Positions 47,486 to 56,788 of a stretch of DNA of 64,000 nucleotides are shown here, one piece after another. The stretch's first letter is position 1; each line of letters begins with the position of its first letter. The stretch is from Elusimicrobiota bacterium (GTDB lineage Bacteria > Elusimicrobiota > Elusimicrobia > UBA1565 > JACRDR01), in contig JACQBA010000013.1 in NCBI GenBank assembly GCA_016194745.1, positions 822 through 64,821 on the forward strand. Direction: 5' to 3'. The position numbers and the translations under genes are program-made. The notes below the pieces were generated by a model. That model was not told the DNA's origin and ran no database searches. It saw only the letters and a program-made list of their open reading frames with translations.

Positions 47486-47956
47486 GCTCTGCGCCGCGCC
47501 GCAAAAGCCTCCGACCGCCCCGGACAGTTCGATCTGCGTCTGAACGTACGGGTTGGGACAGCCCCGGGAGATCCCGGCGCCGCCGGCGGGGCACACGGCG
47601 AACATCGTGACCGAGACCTTGAGCGGCGACGAGGCTCCCGGGATATCCACGGTCCGTTCGAAGTGGACCTTCCTGAACCTCCCCGACGCCTCCGGTAGCG
47701 CGAGAGAGGCCTCCACGGCCTCGTTTTTTCGCACCGGGACGGGCACCGCGCAGGCCGGAACGCAGGCTTGGGTCCACGCCGAGACGAATCCTTTCAAGGC
47801 GAGGGGGCCCGAGGACCGCGCGGGAGCCGCGGCGAGGGACGGCGGCGTCGCGGCCGCGGCGAGTCTATGGGCCTCGACGCTCTGCGGGAACCATTCCGCG
47901 GCGGCCGCGGGGACGGCGCAGGCGACGGCGACGATCCAACCCCTCATCGACTGCAT
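47390..47956 (-). CDS. Hypothetical secreted Cys-rich protein
   Basis: Signal peptide MQSMRGWIVAVACAVPAAAA; 8 Cys; not Arg-rich; overlaps small ORF on + strand. Confidence 0.35.
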   Translation of the reverse strand: MQSMRGWIVAVACAVPAAAAEWFPQSVEAHRLAAAATPPSLAAAPARSSGPLALKGFVSAWTQACVPACAVPVPVRKNEAVEASLALPEASGRFRKVHFERTVDIPGASSPLKVSVTMFAVCPAGGAGISRGCPNPYVQTQIELSGAVGGFCGAAQSLSDAAPFPVLMCAGADPSGRRVGVTLHRRAL

Positions 47957-48006
47957 TTTACCATTTCCGCCTTGATCGGCTCGCCGGAAAACGATAGTCT
48001 GCCCGG

Positions 48007-48657
48007 ATGAATTCCATCGCGCTAGCGTCGGCCCTTTCGCTTTTCGCCGCCCAGGGAGCCTCGGCCGCCGACGGCGCCAAGCGCAAGACGGTCCTGGCGA
48101 CGGTGATCGACGACAAGGGTGCTCCCGTCGAGGACGCCGTGGTCCACGTGGTGCTGCCGGGCACCGCCGCGTTCAAGCCGCCCTCCAAGGTCGCCGTGAT
48201 GGACCAAGTGGACCGCGACCTCGTCCCCCGCGTGCTGCCCGTCCTCGTCGGGACGGGGGTCACCTTTCCCAACAAGGACGACATCCACCACGAGCTCTAC
48301 TCCTTTTCCGCCGCCAAGAAGTTCGAGCTTCCGCTCTATAAGGGCAAGCCCGCCAAGCCCGTCGTCTTCGACAAGCCGGGCGTCGTGAAGTTGGGTTGCA
48401 ACATCCACGATTGGATGAGCGCCGTAATCGTCGTGCTCGACAACCCGTATTTCGCGAAGACGGACGCGACGGGGACGGCGCGCGTGCCGGTCCCGGCCGG
48501 CGCCGAGGCGACGCTCGCGGTCTACCACGACCGGGACAAGGGGACGGAGAAGGCGACCGAGACCGTCGTCAAGCTCGCGGGCGACCCCAAGGCGTCGTGG
48601 ACGCTGTCCCTCAAGAACAAGCCGAAGAAGATGCCGAAGGTCAGCTCCGAATACTGA
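48007..48657 (+). CDS. Secreted cupredoxin-like protein with CarboxypepD_reg-like C-terminus (paralog of 33029..33754)
   Basis: Signal peptide; …IHHELYSF… and GCNIHDWM candidate Cu ligands; C-term GTARVPVPAGAEATLAVYH. Confidence 0.55.
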   Translation: MNSIALASALSLFAAQGASAADGAKRKTVLATVIDDKGAPVEDAVVHVVLPGTAAFKPPSKVAVMDQVDRDLVPRVLPVLVGTGVTFPNKDDIHHELYSFSAAKKFELPLYKGKPAKPVVFDKPGVVKLGCNIHDWMSAVIVVLDNPYFAKTDATGTARVPVPAGAEATLAVYHDRDKGTEKATETVVKLAGDPKASWTLSLKNKPKKMPKVSSEY

Positions 48658-48661
48658 TCTC

Positions 48662-50536
48662 GTGCCGCTTCGATTCAAGATCCTCGCGGCGTTCCTTCCG
48701 CTCTTCGCCGCCGTCCTGGGCGTCAGCCTCTCCATCGGCAGCCGGGCGTTCACCACGCAGACCGAGACGAGGATCCGCGGCCAGCTCGAGGTCACGCACG
48801 ACATCTTCCTGGCCCAGCTCAAGAACCGCGCGAGCCACCTCGCGACCGCGCTGCGGCTCGCCGGAAGCGATCACGCGTTCAAGGAAGCGCTCGCGACGAA
48901 GGACGTCGAGACGATCCAGTCCGCGGTCGTGAACCTGCAGCAGAGCCGCATCCGCCTCGCCGAGGCGCTCTGGGTGACCGACGAGAAGGGCGCCATCCTG
49001 ACGGACACGACGGGCGGCGCGCGCGCGGGCGAATCGATCGCGTCCTGGAAGGTCGTCTCCCAGGCACTCGAGGGAGAGTCGACCGCGTCGCTCCAGCAGG
49101 TCGGGGACCGGCTCTACCAGCTGACGGCGACGCCGCTGACCGCTCCGGACGTCATCGGCGTGCTCGTGGCAGGCTTCGCCGTCAACGACGGGATGGCCGC
49201 CGAGCTCAAGCGCCTGACCCGGTCCGACGTCTCGTTCTCCTCGCAAGGCCGGCTGATCGCGTCGACGCTCTCGACAAGCGGCCGCGCCCTCCTGGACCAG
49301 CAGCGGTCCTCGTTCAAGGACAAGGAGTTCCGCATCTTCGGCGATCCGGGGATGCGGCAGGCCGTGTTCACGGCCGCGCTCCCCGAAGTGGAGAACACCG
49401 CCGCCTACCTGCAGAACGACTGGGAGCTCGCGATCGCGCCGCTGCACAAGCTCCGCTGGCGGCTCCTCTACCTGGGGCTCGGGGGATTCACGCTAACCCT
49501 CCTCATCGGCCTGCGCATGGCGATGGGCATCACGCGCCCCGTCGAGAAGCTCTCGGAGGCGACGGAGCGCCTCGAGCAGGGAGACTACACCGTCCGTGTC
49601 GGGCTCAAGCGCAAGGACGAGATCGGCAAGCTCGGGCGCGCCTTCGACAAGATGGTCGAGGGGCTGCAGGAGCGAGAGAAGATCCGCTCGGTCCTGAGAA
49701 AGGCCGTTTCGAAAGAGATCGCCGACGAGCTCCTGCAGCGCGGGCAGATCGACCTGGGCGGCGAGACCCGCACCGTGACCCTCCTTTTTTCCGATATCCG
49801 CGATTTCACCTCGATGTCCGAGGCGCTCTCCCCGCACGAGCTCGTCTCCCAGCTCAACGATTACTTCACCGACATGTCGAGCGCCATCGAATCGAACAAA
49901 GGCGTCATCGACAAGTACATCGGCGACGCGATCATGGCGCTCTTCGGCGCGCCGCTCGCCGGCGACGACGACGCCGACCGCGCCCAGCGAGCCGCGCTCG
50001 CCATGCTCGACGCGATGGAGCGGCATAATCTGAAGCGTACCGCGGCGGGGCTCAAGCCCTGGAAGATCGGGATCGGCTTGAACTCGGGGCCGTCCGTCGC
50101 CGGCACCCTCGGCTCCAAGGACCGATGGTCGTACACGGTCATCGGAGACGCGGTGAACCTGGCGAGCCGGCTCGAGGGATCGACCAAGCACTACGGCGCC
50201 AAGATCGTCGTGAGCGGCTTCACCCGAGAGCTCACGAAGGCTCCCTTCATCTACCGCACCTTGGACCTCGTCCGCGTGAAGGGCAAGTCGAAGCCGGTCG
50301 AGATATTCGAGCTGCTGGGCGAGTCCGGGACCGGACCCGCGTGGCTCGCCGGCTTCGAGGAGGGCGTCCGCGGCTACCGCGAGAGGAAGTTCGATGCGGC
50401 GAAGGCACGCTTCGAGGACGTGCTCCGCACCTTGCCGGGCGACAAGCCCGCATCGATCTACCTCGAGCGCATCGCCGCCATCGGCGGCTCGGCCCCGGAA
50501 GGCTGGGACCCCGTGCACACGATGCACGAAAAATAA
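48662..50536 (+). CDS. Membrane sensor adenylate/guanylate cyclase (periplasmic sensor–TM–HAMP–class III cyclase)
   Basis: HAMP (GKLGRAFDKMV); CYCc LLFSDIRDFTSMSE…GDAIMALFGAP…GPSVAGTLG…WSYTVIGDAVNLASRLE; GTG start. Confidence 0.8.
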   Translation: MPLRFKILAAFLPLFAAVLGVSLSIGSRAFTTQTETRIRGQLEVTHDIFLAQLKNRASHLATALRLAGSDHAFKEALATKDVETIQSAVVNLQQSRIRLAEALWVTDEKGAILTDTTGGARAGESIASWKVVSQALEGESTASLQQVGDRLYQLTATPLTAPDVIGVLVAGFAVNDGMAAELKRLTRSDVSFSSQGRLIASTLSTSGRALLDQQRSSFKDKEFRIFGDPGMRQAVFTAALPEVENTAAYLQNDWELAIAPLHKLRWRLLYLGLGGFTLTLLIGLRMAMGITRPVEKLSEATERLEQGDYTVRVGLKRKDEIGKLGRAFDKMVEGLQEREKIRSVLRKAVSKEIADELLQRGQIDLGGETRTVTLLFSDIRDFTSMSEALSPHELVSQLNDYFTDMSSAIESNKGVIDKYIGDAIMALFGAPLAGDDDADRAQRAALAMLDAMERHNLKRTAAGLKPWKIGIGLNSGPSVAGTLGSKDRWSYTVIGDAVNLASRLEGSTKHYGAKIVVSGFTRELTKAPFIYRTLDLVRVKGKSKPVEIFELLGESGTGPAWLAGFEEGVRGYRERKFDAAKARFEDVLRTLPGDKPASIYLERIAAIGGSAPEGWDPVHTMHEK

Positions 50537-50693
50537 TCGCGCGCGCTCAATCGAGCGGCGACCACCGTGCCCCACCGAACTCAAGGGCCCGGCGGCGCGA
50601 CAAAGCCGGATCGAAAAAGGGCAAGCATTTCCATTAATTCTTGACGAAGCGCGCGATTCGCTCCCGACTCCAGCTTTGATATAATCCAGCTGG

Positions 50694-53234
50694 ATGAAAT
50701 CGGAGCATATCCCCTACCCGGAGATCGAAGCGAAGTGGCAGAAGCGCTGGCTCGAAGCCGGGATATTCAAGGCGCCTAAGACCCCCCGACCCGGCAAGAA
50801 GTTCTATTGCCTGGACATGTTCCCCTATCCGTCGGCCGATGGTCTCCATGTCGGCCACCCGGAAGGCTACACCGCCACGGACATCCTCTGCCGCTACCGG
50901 CGCCGCAAGGGCGAAGACGTCCTCCACCCCATGGGCTGGGACGCGTTCGGCCTGCCCGCCGAGAACTTCGCCCTGCAGACCGGGACGCATCCGAGCATCG
51001 TCACGCAACGCAACATCGCCAACTTCCGCCGGCAGATACAGTCGCTCGGGTTCAGCTACGACTGGGACCGCGAGGTGGACACCACCGATCCCGGCTACTA
51101 CAAGTGGACGCAGTGGATCTTCCTGCAGCTTTTCAAGAAGGGTCTGGCCTTTGAGGGTACGATCCCGATCAACTGGTGCCCGTCGTGCAAGACGGGCCTG
51201 GCGAACGAGGAAGTCTTCGGCGGGGAGTGCGAGCGCTGCGGCTCCAAGGTCGAGCGCCGGAACATGCGGCAATGGATGCTCAAAATCACCGCCTACGCCG
51301 AGCGCCTGCTGTCGGATTTGGAAGGCCTCGATTGGCCGGAGTCGACCCTCGCCATGCAGCGCAACTGGATCGGGCGCTCCGAAGGCGCGCAGATCACCTT
51401 CAAGGTCGATTCCCCCGAACTGCCGGGCCATGAGAAGGCGTTCGACGTGTTCACGACCCGCCCCGACACGCTCTACGGCGCGACGTACATGGTGCTCGCG
51501 CCGGAGCACCCCCTCGTCCGGGAGGTGACGGCCCCCGACCGCAAGAAGAAGGTCGACGCGTACGTCAAAGCCGCGGCGAACAAGTCGGACCTCGCGCGCT
51601 CGGCGCTCGAAAAGGAGAAGACCGGCGAGTTCACGGGCGGATACGCGCTCAATCCGATGAACGGCAAGCGCATCCCCATTTGGATCGCCGACTACGTGCT
51701 CTCCGGCTACGGCACGGGCGCCATCATGGCCGTCCCGGGGCACGACGAGCGGGACTGGGAGTTCGCCAAGAAGTACGAGATTCCGATCGTCCAAGTCGTG
51801 CGCCCCAAGGAGGGAGAGGCGCCCAAGGACGCCGCCTACGTCGCCCAGGACGACGACGCGGTCGCATGCAATTCCCCGCTCATCGACGGGATGCCGGCCG
51901 CCTGGGCGAAGGAGAAGATGATCAAGTATTTCGAGTCCCACGGCTTCGGCAAGGGGACGGTCACCTACAAGCTGCGCGACTGGGTCTTCTCCCGGCAGCG
52001 CTACTGGGGCGAGCCGATCCCGATCGTCCACTGCGAAAAATGCGGCGCGGTCCCGGTCCCCGAGAAGGATCTGCCGGTCCTGCTCCCCAAGGTCCAGGAC
52101 TACAAGCCGACCGGCACGGGCGAGTCGCCGCTGGCCGCCATCGACTCTTGGGTCAAGACGAAGTGCCCTGCGTGCGGCGGCGCGGGCAAACGCGAGACGA
52201 ACACGATGCCGCAGTGGGCGGGCTCCTGCTGGTACTACCTCCGCTTCATGGATCCCAAGAACGGGAACGCGGGATGGGACCCCGGTGTCGAAAAGGCATG
52301 GGCGCCGGTCGACTGCTACGTGGGGGGCGCGGAGCACGCGGTGCTGCACCTGCTCTACGCCCGCTTTTGGCACAAGGTCCTCCTGGACCTCGGATTTGTT
52401 TCCACCAAAGAACCCTTCCAAAAACTGCGGCACCAAGGCCCCATAACGTCGTTCGCCTATCGAGACGCCCGCGGTGTATTTCACCCGTACTCCGAATTAG
52501 AGATCGGCGAGGGCGGCCGGGCGACACTCAAATCCTCCGGCGAGCAGATCGAGCCCCTGATCGCGAAGATGTCCAAGTCTAAGAAGAACGTCATCAACCC
52601 CGACGAGGTTCTCGAGCGATTCGGCGCCGATGTATTCCGCATGTACGAGATGTTCATGGGACCGTTCGAAGACACAAAGCCTTGGGATATGCGCGCCATC
52701 GAGGGCATGGCGCGCTTCCTACGGCGCGCTTGGGTACACTTCGGCGACGACGCCCAATGGAAAGACGGAGACGGCCTCAAGCACGACCGCCACAAGACGA
52801 TCGCGAAGGTGGGAGTCGACATCGACGCCTTCCGGTTCAACACGGCCATCAGCGCGATGATGATCTATCTCAACAAGATCCAAGAACAGCCCGTCGTCGC
52901 GCGAGCCGACGCCGAGGCCTTCCTCGCCCTGCTTAACCCGTTCGCTCCGCATCTGACGGAGGAGCTCTGGGAGAAGACGAGGCACAAGGGCTTCCTCTCG
53001 TCGGAACCGTGGCCCGCGTTCGACCCCGCGCAATTGAAGGAAAGCCAAATAGAGCTAGCCGTACAGATCAACGGCAAAGTGAAGGATCGCCTCACGGTCG
53101 CGGCGGACGAAGCGGAAGAAAGCGTGAAGGAGAAGGCTCTCGCCCTGCCCAAGATCAAAGACGCTCTGAACGGTCATGAGGTCGTGAAGGTTCTCGTCGT
53201 AAAGAACCGGCTGGTGAACATCGTAGTGAGGTGA
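50694..53234 (+). CDS. leuS: Leucyl-tRNA synthetase
   Basis: HVGHPEGY (HIGH) and KMSKS motifs, CP1 editing domain. Confidence 0.95.
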   Translation: MKSEHIPYPEIEAKWQKRWLEAGIFKAPKTPRPGKKFYCLDMFPYPSADGLHVGHPEGYTATDILCRYRRRKGEDVLHPMGWDAFGLPAENFALQTGTHPSIVTQRNIANFRRQIQSLGFSYDWDREVDTTDPGYYKWTQWIFLQLFKKGLAFEGTIPINWCPSCKTGLANEEVFGGECERCGSKVERRNMRQWMLKITAYAERLLSDLEGLDWPESTLAMQRNWIGRSEGAQITFKVDSPELPGHEKAFDVFTTRPDTLYGATYMVLAPEHPLVREVTAPDRKKKVDAYVKAAANKSDLARSALEKEKTGEFTGGYALNPMNGKRIPIWIADYVLSGYGTGAIMAVPGHDERDWEFAKKYEIPIVQVVRPKEGEAPKDAAYVAQDDDAVACNSPLIDGMPAAWAKEKMIKYFESHGFGKGTVTYKLRDWVFSRQRYWGEPIPIVHCEKCGAVPVPEKDLPVLLPKVQDYKPTGTGESPLAAIDSWVKTKCPACGGAGKRETNTMPQWAGSCWYYLRFMDPKNGNAGWDPGVEKAWAPVDCYVGGAEHAVLHLLYARFWHKVLLDLGFVSTKEPFQKLRHQGPITSFAYRDARGVFHPYSELEIGEGGRATLKSSGEQIEPLIAKMSKSKKNVINPDEVLERFGADVFRMYEMFMGPFEDTKPWDMRAIEGMARFLRRAWVHFGDDAQWKDGDGLKHDRHKTIAKVGVDIDAFRFNTAISAMMIYLNKIQEQPVVARADAEAFLALLNPFAPHLTEELWEKTRHKGFLSSEPWPAFDPAQLKESQIELAVQINGKVKDRLTVAADEAEESVKEKALALPKIKDALNGHEVVKVLVVKNRLVNIVVR

Positions 53235-53863
53235 CGCGCATGAACCGCACTCTCCGTGCCGCGCTGCTCGCTCCCGCCCTGGCCTCGGCCCTTTCCGGCT
53301 GCGGACCGGGCGAGATGGCCTACCGTCCCGCGGCGCAGATCCTGCCGGCGCACATCAAGAAGATCTCGGTCGCCTTGGTCAAAAACACGACGCAGCAGTT
53401 CGGCATCGAGGACAAGCTCACGCGCGCCGTCATCGACGAGTTCCTAAAGAACGGGAACTACAGCGTCGTCCCCGAGGAGCAGGCGGACGGCTCGGTCCAG
53501 TTCACGGTGACCCGCTACATCCTCACGCCGGTCCAATACGACAACGTGCTGACGCCGACCGCCTACAAGTTGCTCCTTCTCGGCGACCTCACGTTCGTCG
53601 ACCGGGCGACGAACACTCTCCTATGGACGGAGCCGAACATGACGGGCGCCCTCCTCTTCTCCGCCTCGACGCGGCCGGGCGGCGTGACCGAGGAGCAGGC
53701 GCGCGAGCTCATCTACGCCCAACTGGCCAAGGATGCCGTCAAACGCGTGATCGACGGCTTCGGCGCGGTGACCGGCGTCTCGCAGCGGGCGATCTCGGAC
53801 GTCAAGCCGCCGAACGAGGGGCCGCCCCCGACGCCAAAGCCCGTCAATCCGAACCCCTACTGA
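53231..53863 (+). CDS. lptE: LPS-assembly lipoprotein LptE-like
   Basis: Lipobox ALSGC; conserved leuS-lptE-holA gene order; alternative ATG at 53240. Confidence 0.55.
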   Translation: MTRMNRTLRAALLAPALASALSGCGPGEMAYRPAAQILPAHIKKISVALVKNTTQQFGIEDKLTRAVIDEFLKNGNYSVVPEEQADGSVQFTVTRYILTPVQYDNVLTPTAYKLLLLGDLTFVDRATNTLLWTEPNMTGALLFSASTRPGGVTEEQARELIYAQLAKDAVKRVIDGFGAVTGVSQRAISDVKPPNEGPPPTPKPVNPNPY

Positions 53864-53869
53864 GGCGCG

Positions 53870-54877
53870 GTGGAGCTGAGTCCGGCGTCGGCGCGGTCGG
53901 AGTGGAAGGTGGGCAAGTTCCGTGAGGTCTATTACCTCGTCGGCGAAGACACTGCGGCCAAAGCCGAGGCGGCGCAGGCGCTCAAGGCCGCGCTCAAGCC
54001 CGACGCCTTCAACCTAAACGAGTTCTCCGAGGCGGCGCCCGACCCTCAGGACGTGATCTCCGCCGCGCTGACTCCGCCGATGTTCGCCGACCGGCGCCTC
54101 GTCGTCGTCAAAAGCGTCAAGCTCGGCGCGGAGGCGAAGCGGACGATCGCCGAGTACCTCTCCGATCCGCTGCCGTCGACGACCCTGATCCTCTTCTCCG
54201 ACGACCGCAAGCCGGACTTCCGCGACGCCCTCTGCGGCGCCGCGGCCGCGCGCCAGGGCATCGTCCATTTCAAGACGCTCAAGGACGAGGAGGCCGAGCG
54301 GCTCGCCGCCGAGCTCGCCCGGGAGGCCGGCTCGACGCTGGACCGCGAGGCGGCGAAGCTCCTCATAGAGGAGTCCGGGACGGACACGGGCATCCTAAAG
54401 GCCGAGATGGCGAAGATCCTGCTGTTCACGCGCGGACGCAAGACGATCGGGCGCGACGACGTACTCGCGTGCCTGGGTTACAAGAAAGAGGCCAACCCCT
54501 TCGACTTTCCGCGCATCTTGCAGACGCGCGACCGCGCAAAGACCCTCGCCGAGCTCGAGCGGCTGTTCGCCGATGACGAGGACCCCTTGGCGCTGCTCTA
54601 TAAGGTCTCGCACTCCCTGAACCGGCAGCTCAAGGCGAAGCGCTTGAAAGCGGCCGGCAAGAGCGAGAACGAGATCTTCGGCGCGCTGCGGCTGCAGCCT
54701 TTCTACGATCGCGACTATATGAAGTGGGCGAACGCGGTGCCGGAGACGACCCTCATCGCGGGCCTTAAGGCATGCCTCGAGTTGGAGGCGCGGCTGAAAT
54801 CGGAGACGTGGCTGGACGGACGGGTGGAATTGGAGCGGCTCGCGGCCGCGATCTGCAAGGCGCCGGAGAAGGGCTAG
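53870..54877 (+). CDS. holA: DNA polymerase III delta subunit
   Basis: …FREVYYLVGED…LVVVK… delta N-domain; synteny; GTG start. Confidence 0.7.
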   Translation: MELSPASARSEWKVGKFREVYYLVGEDTAAKAEAAQALKAALKPDAFNLNEFSEAAPDPQDVISAALTPPMFADRRLVVVKSVKLGAEAKRTIAEYLSDPLPSTTLILFSDDRKPDFRDALCGAAAARQGIVHFKTLKDEEAERLAAELAREAGSTLDREAAKLLIEESGTDTGILKAEMAKILLFTRGRKTIGRDDVLACLGYKKEANPFDFPRILQTRDRAKTLAELERLFADDEDPLALLYKVSHSLNRQLKAKRLKAAGKSENEIFGALRLQPFYDRDYMKWANAVPETTLIAGLKACLELEARLKSETWLDGRVELERLAAAICKAPEKG

Positions 54878-55185
54878 GCCTTCGCGGCGGCAGCCGGCGC
54901 GGGAGCGTGCGCCGCCTTCTGCGCCAGCCGGGCCAAACGGGACTTCTTTCGAGCGGCGGCTTTCCAGTGGATGGCGCCGGTCTTGGCGGCCTTGTCCCAG
55001 GCGGAGGAGACCTTCGGGAGCAAATCCTTGAGCTTCGCGGCGTCCTTGCTGCCGGCCGCTTCGGTGTATTCCTTGGCCAAGGAGCGGATCTGGCGCTTCA
55101 CGGACCGGTTGCGGACCATGTGCGTGTGCGCCTGACGGCTCGCCTTAAGCGCGCCGGTGTGCCGTCCCGTCTTCAACTTAGCCAT
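54874..55185 (-). CDS. rpsT: 30S ribosomal protein S20
   Basis: MAKLKTGRHTGALKASRQ…VRNRSVKRQ. Confidence 0.85.
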   Translation of the reverse strand: MAKLKTGRHTGALKASRQAHTHMVRNRSVKRQIRSLAKEYTEAAGSKDAAKLKDLLPKVSSAWDKAAKTGAIHWKAAARKKSRLARLAQKAAHAPAPAAAAKA

Positions 55186-55315
55186 GTACAGTGTTCTCCT
55201 TCGCCTTGAATAGACGGTAATTAAAGCATTTCTCGACGGGGAGCGTCAATGCGTCCGATCGGGGTCGGGAACGGTGGAAAAGGGCCTCTCTTTCACCTAT
55301 CATTTTCATTAGGCC

Positions 55316-56647
55316 ATGACCGACACGGAGATGCGTCTATCGCACCTGCCCCACGCGTGCGGCGTCTACATCATGCGGGACGCCGGGATGCAGGTGATCT
55401 ACGTCGGCAAGGCGATCGACCTGGCCAAGCGGGTGTCGCAGTACTTCGTGCCGGCTCGTCAGGACCGAAAGACCGCGCTCCTCGCTCCCCTGGTCCGGAA
55501 GATCGACTACGTCGCGTGCGCGTCCGAACGGGACTCCCTCCTTCTCGAGCGCAAGCTGATTCGCCGCCTGCGTCCCGTCTTCAACACCATGTGGCGCGAC
55601 GACAAGTCCTACCCCTATCTCAAGATCACGCTCGGCGAGGATTTCCCGCGGATCGGGATGACCCGCCAGCGGGTGCGCGACGGCGGCGTCTACTTCGGCC
55701 CCTATCCCAAGGTGTCGATGGTGAAGGGCCTGCTCAAGCGGCTCTGGAACAAGCGGCTCTTCCCGATGCGGCCGTGCACGTGGACGTTCTCCGTCGAGCG
55801 GCCCCTGGCGGAGCGCAAGATCAAAGCCTGCCTCTACTACCACACGAAGCAGTGCCCCGCGCCGTGCGCGGGCCCGGCCGCGGGCCGTATCTCGAAGGAC
55901 GACTACCGCCGCATCGCGGAGAACGCCGTGCTGTTCTTCAAGGGCCGATACAAGGAACTGGCCCGGGAATGGGCGGCGGAGATGAAGGAGGCGTCGGCCT
56001 CGATGGAATTCGAGCGCGCGGCGCAGCTGCGGGACAATCTGCAGGCGGTCGAACACATGGCGGAGCGCGTCCGGCTCGAGGAGGTCACGGCCGCGGGGCT
56101 CGCGGTGCGCCTGGAGAGCTCGCGGGGCGTGACCGAGCTGCAAGCCGCCTTGTCGCTCGCCAAGCCGCCGCACCATATCGAGGCGTTCGACATCTCCCAC
56201 TTCCAGGGAAAGCAGACGGTCGCCTCGATGGTCTGCTTCAAGGGAGGGACGGCGTCCAAGGACGATTACCGTCGCTTCCGCATCAAGACGGTCTCGGGCG
56301 TCGACGACTTCCTCAGCATGAAGGAGGTCGTCTCGCGGCGCTACGCGCGCTTGGCGCGCGAGGGCGCCGCGGCGCTGCCCGACCTCGTGCTGATCGACGG
56401 CGGCAAGGGCCAGCTCGCCATGGCGGAACTCGCGATGGCGGAGCTCAAACTCAGGGTCCCGCTCGCCTCCATCGCCAAGCGGCTCGAGGAAGTGTTCCTA
56501 CCCGGCCGCCAGGACTCGATCCTATTGCCAGCCGATTCCCCCGCGCTCCATCTCCTGCAGCGCGTGCGGGACGAGGCCCACCGCTTCGCGGTGGCGTATC
56601 ACACGCTCCTGCGCAAGAAGGACCTGCTGGATCGGGCCCCGACCTGA
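55316..56647 (+). CDS. uvrC: Excinuclease ABC subunit C, short form lacking C-terminal HhH2
   Basis: GIY-YIG (GVYIMRD…IYVGKA); UvrBC motif FERAAQLRDNLQAV; endonuclease domain EAFDISH…LIDGGKGQL. Confidence 0.8.
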   Translation: MTDTEMRLSHLPHACGVYIMRDAGMQVIYVGKAIDLAKRVSQYFVPARQDRKTALLAPLVRKIDYVACASERDSLLLERKLIRRLRPVFNTMWRDDKSYPYLKITLGEDFPRIGMTRQRVRDGGVYFGPYPKVSMVKGLLKRLWNKRLFPMRPCTWTFSVERPLAERKIKACLYYHTKQCPAPCAGPAAGRISKDDYRRIAENAVLFFKGRYKELAREWAAEMKEASASMEFERAAQLRDNLQAVEHMAERVRLEEVTAAGLAVRLESSRGVTELQAALSLAKPPHHIEAFDISHFQGKQTVASMVCFKGGTASKDDYRRFRIKTVSGVDDFLSMKEVVSRRYARLAREGAAALPDLVLIDGGKGQLAMAELAMAELKLRVPLASIAKRLEEVFLPGRQDSILLPADSPALHLLQRVRDEAHRFAVAYHTLLRKKDLLDRAPT

Positions 56648-56730
56648 CCGCCGCCGTTCATCACTTGACGAGCGCGCGCCGCACGCAATTCACGCAAAAC
56701 ACCGGAATCGCCACCTGGTCCTTTCGACTC

Positions 56731-56761
56731 GCCGCGGCGGCGTCCGCGGCCTGCCGGTTTT
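56731..56761. terminator. Possible bidirectional terminator between convergent uvrC and pilC (GCCGCGG-cggcgt-CCGCGGC … GTTTT)
   Basis: 7-bp perfect stem, 6-nt loop, T-run 6 nt after stem; weak. Confidence 0.25.
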
Positions 56762-56788
56762 GAAACACCTCCGGAACGCGCGCGGCCG

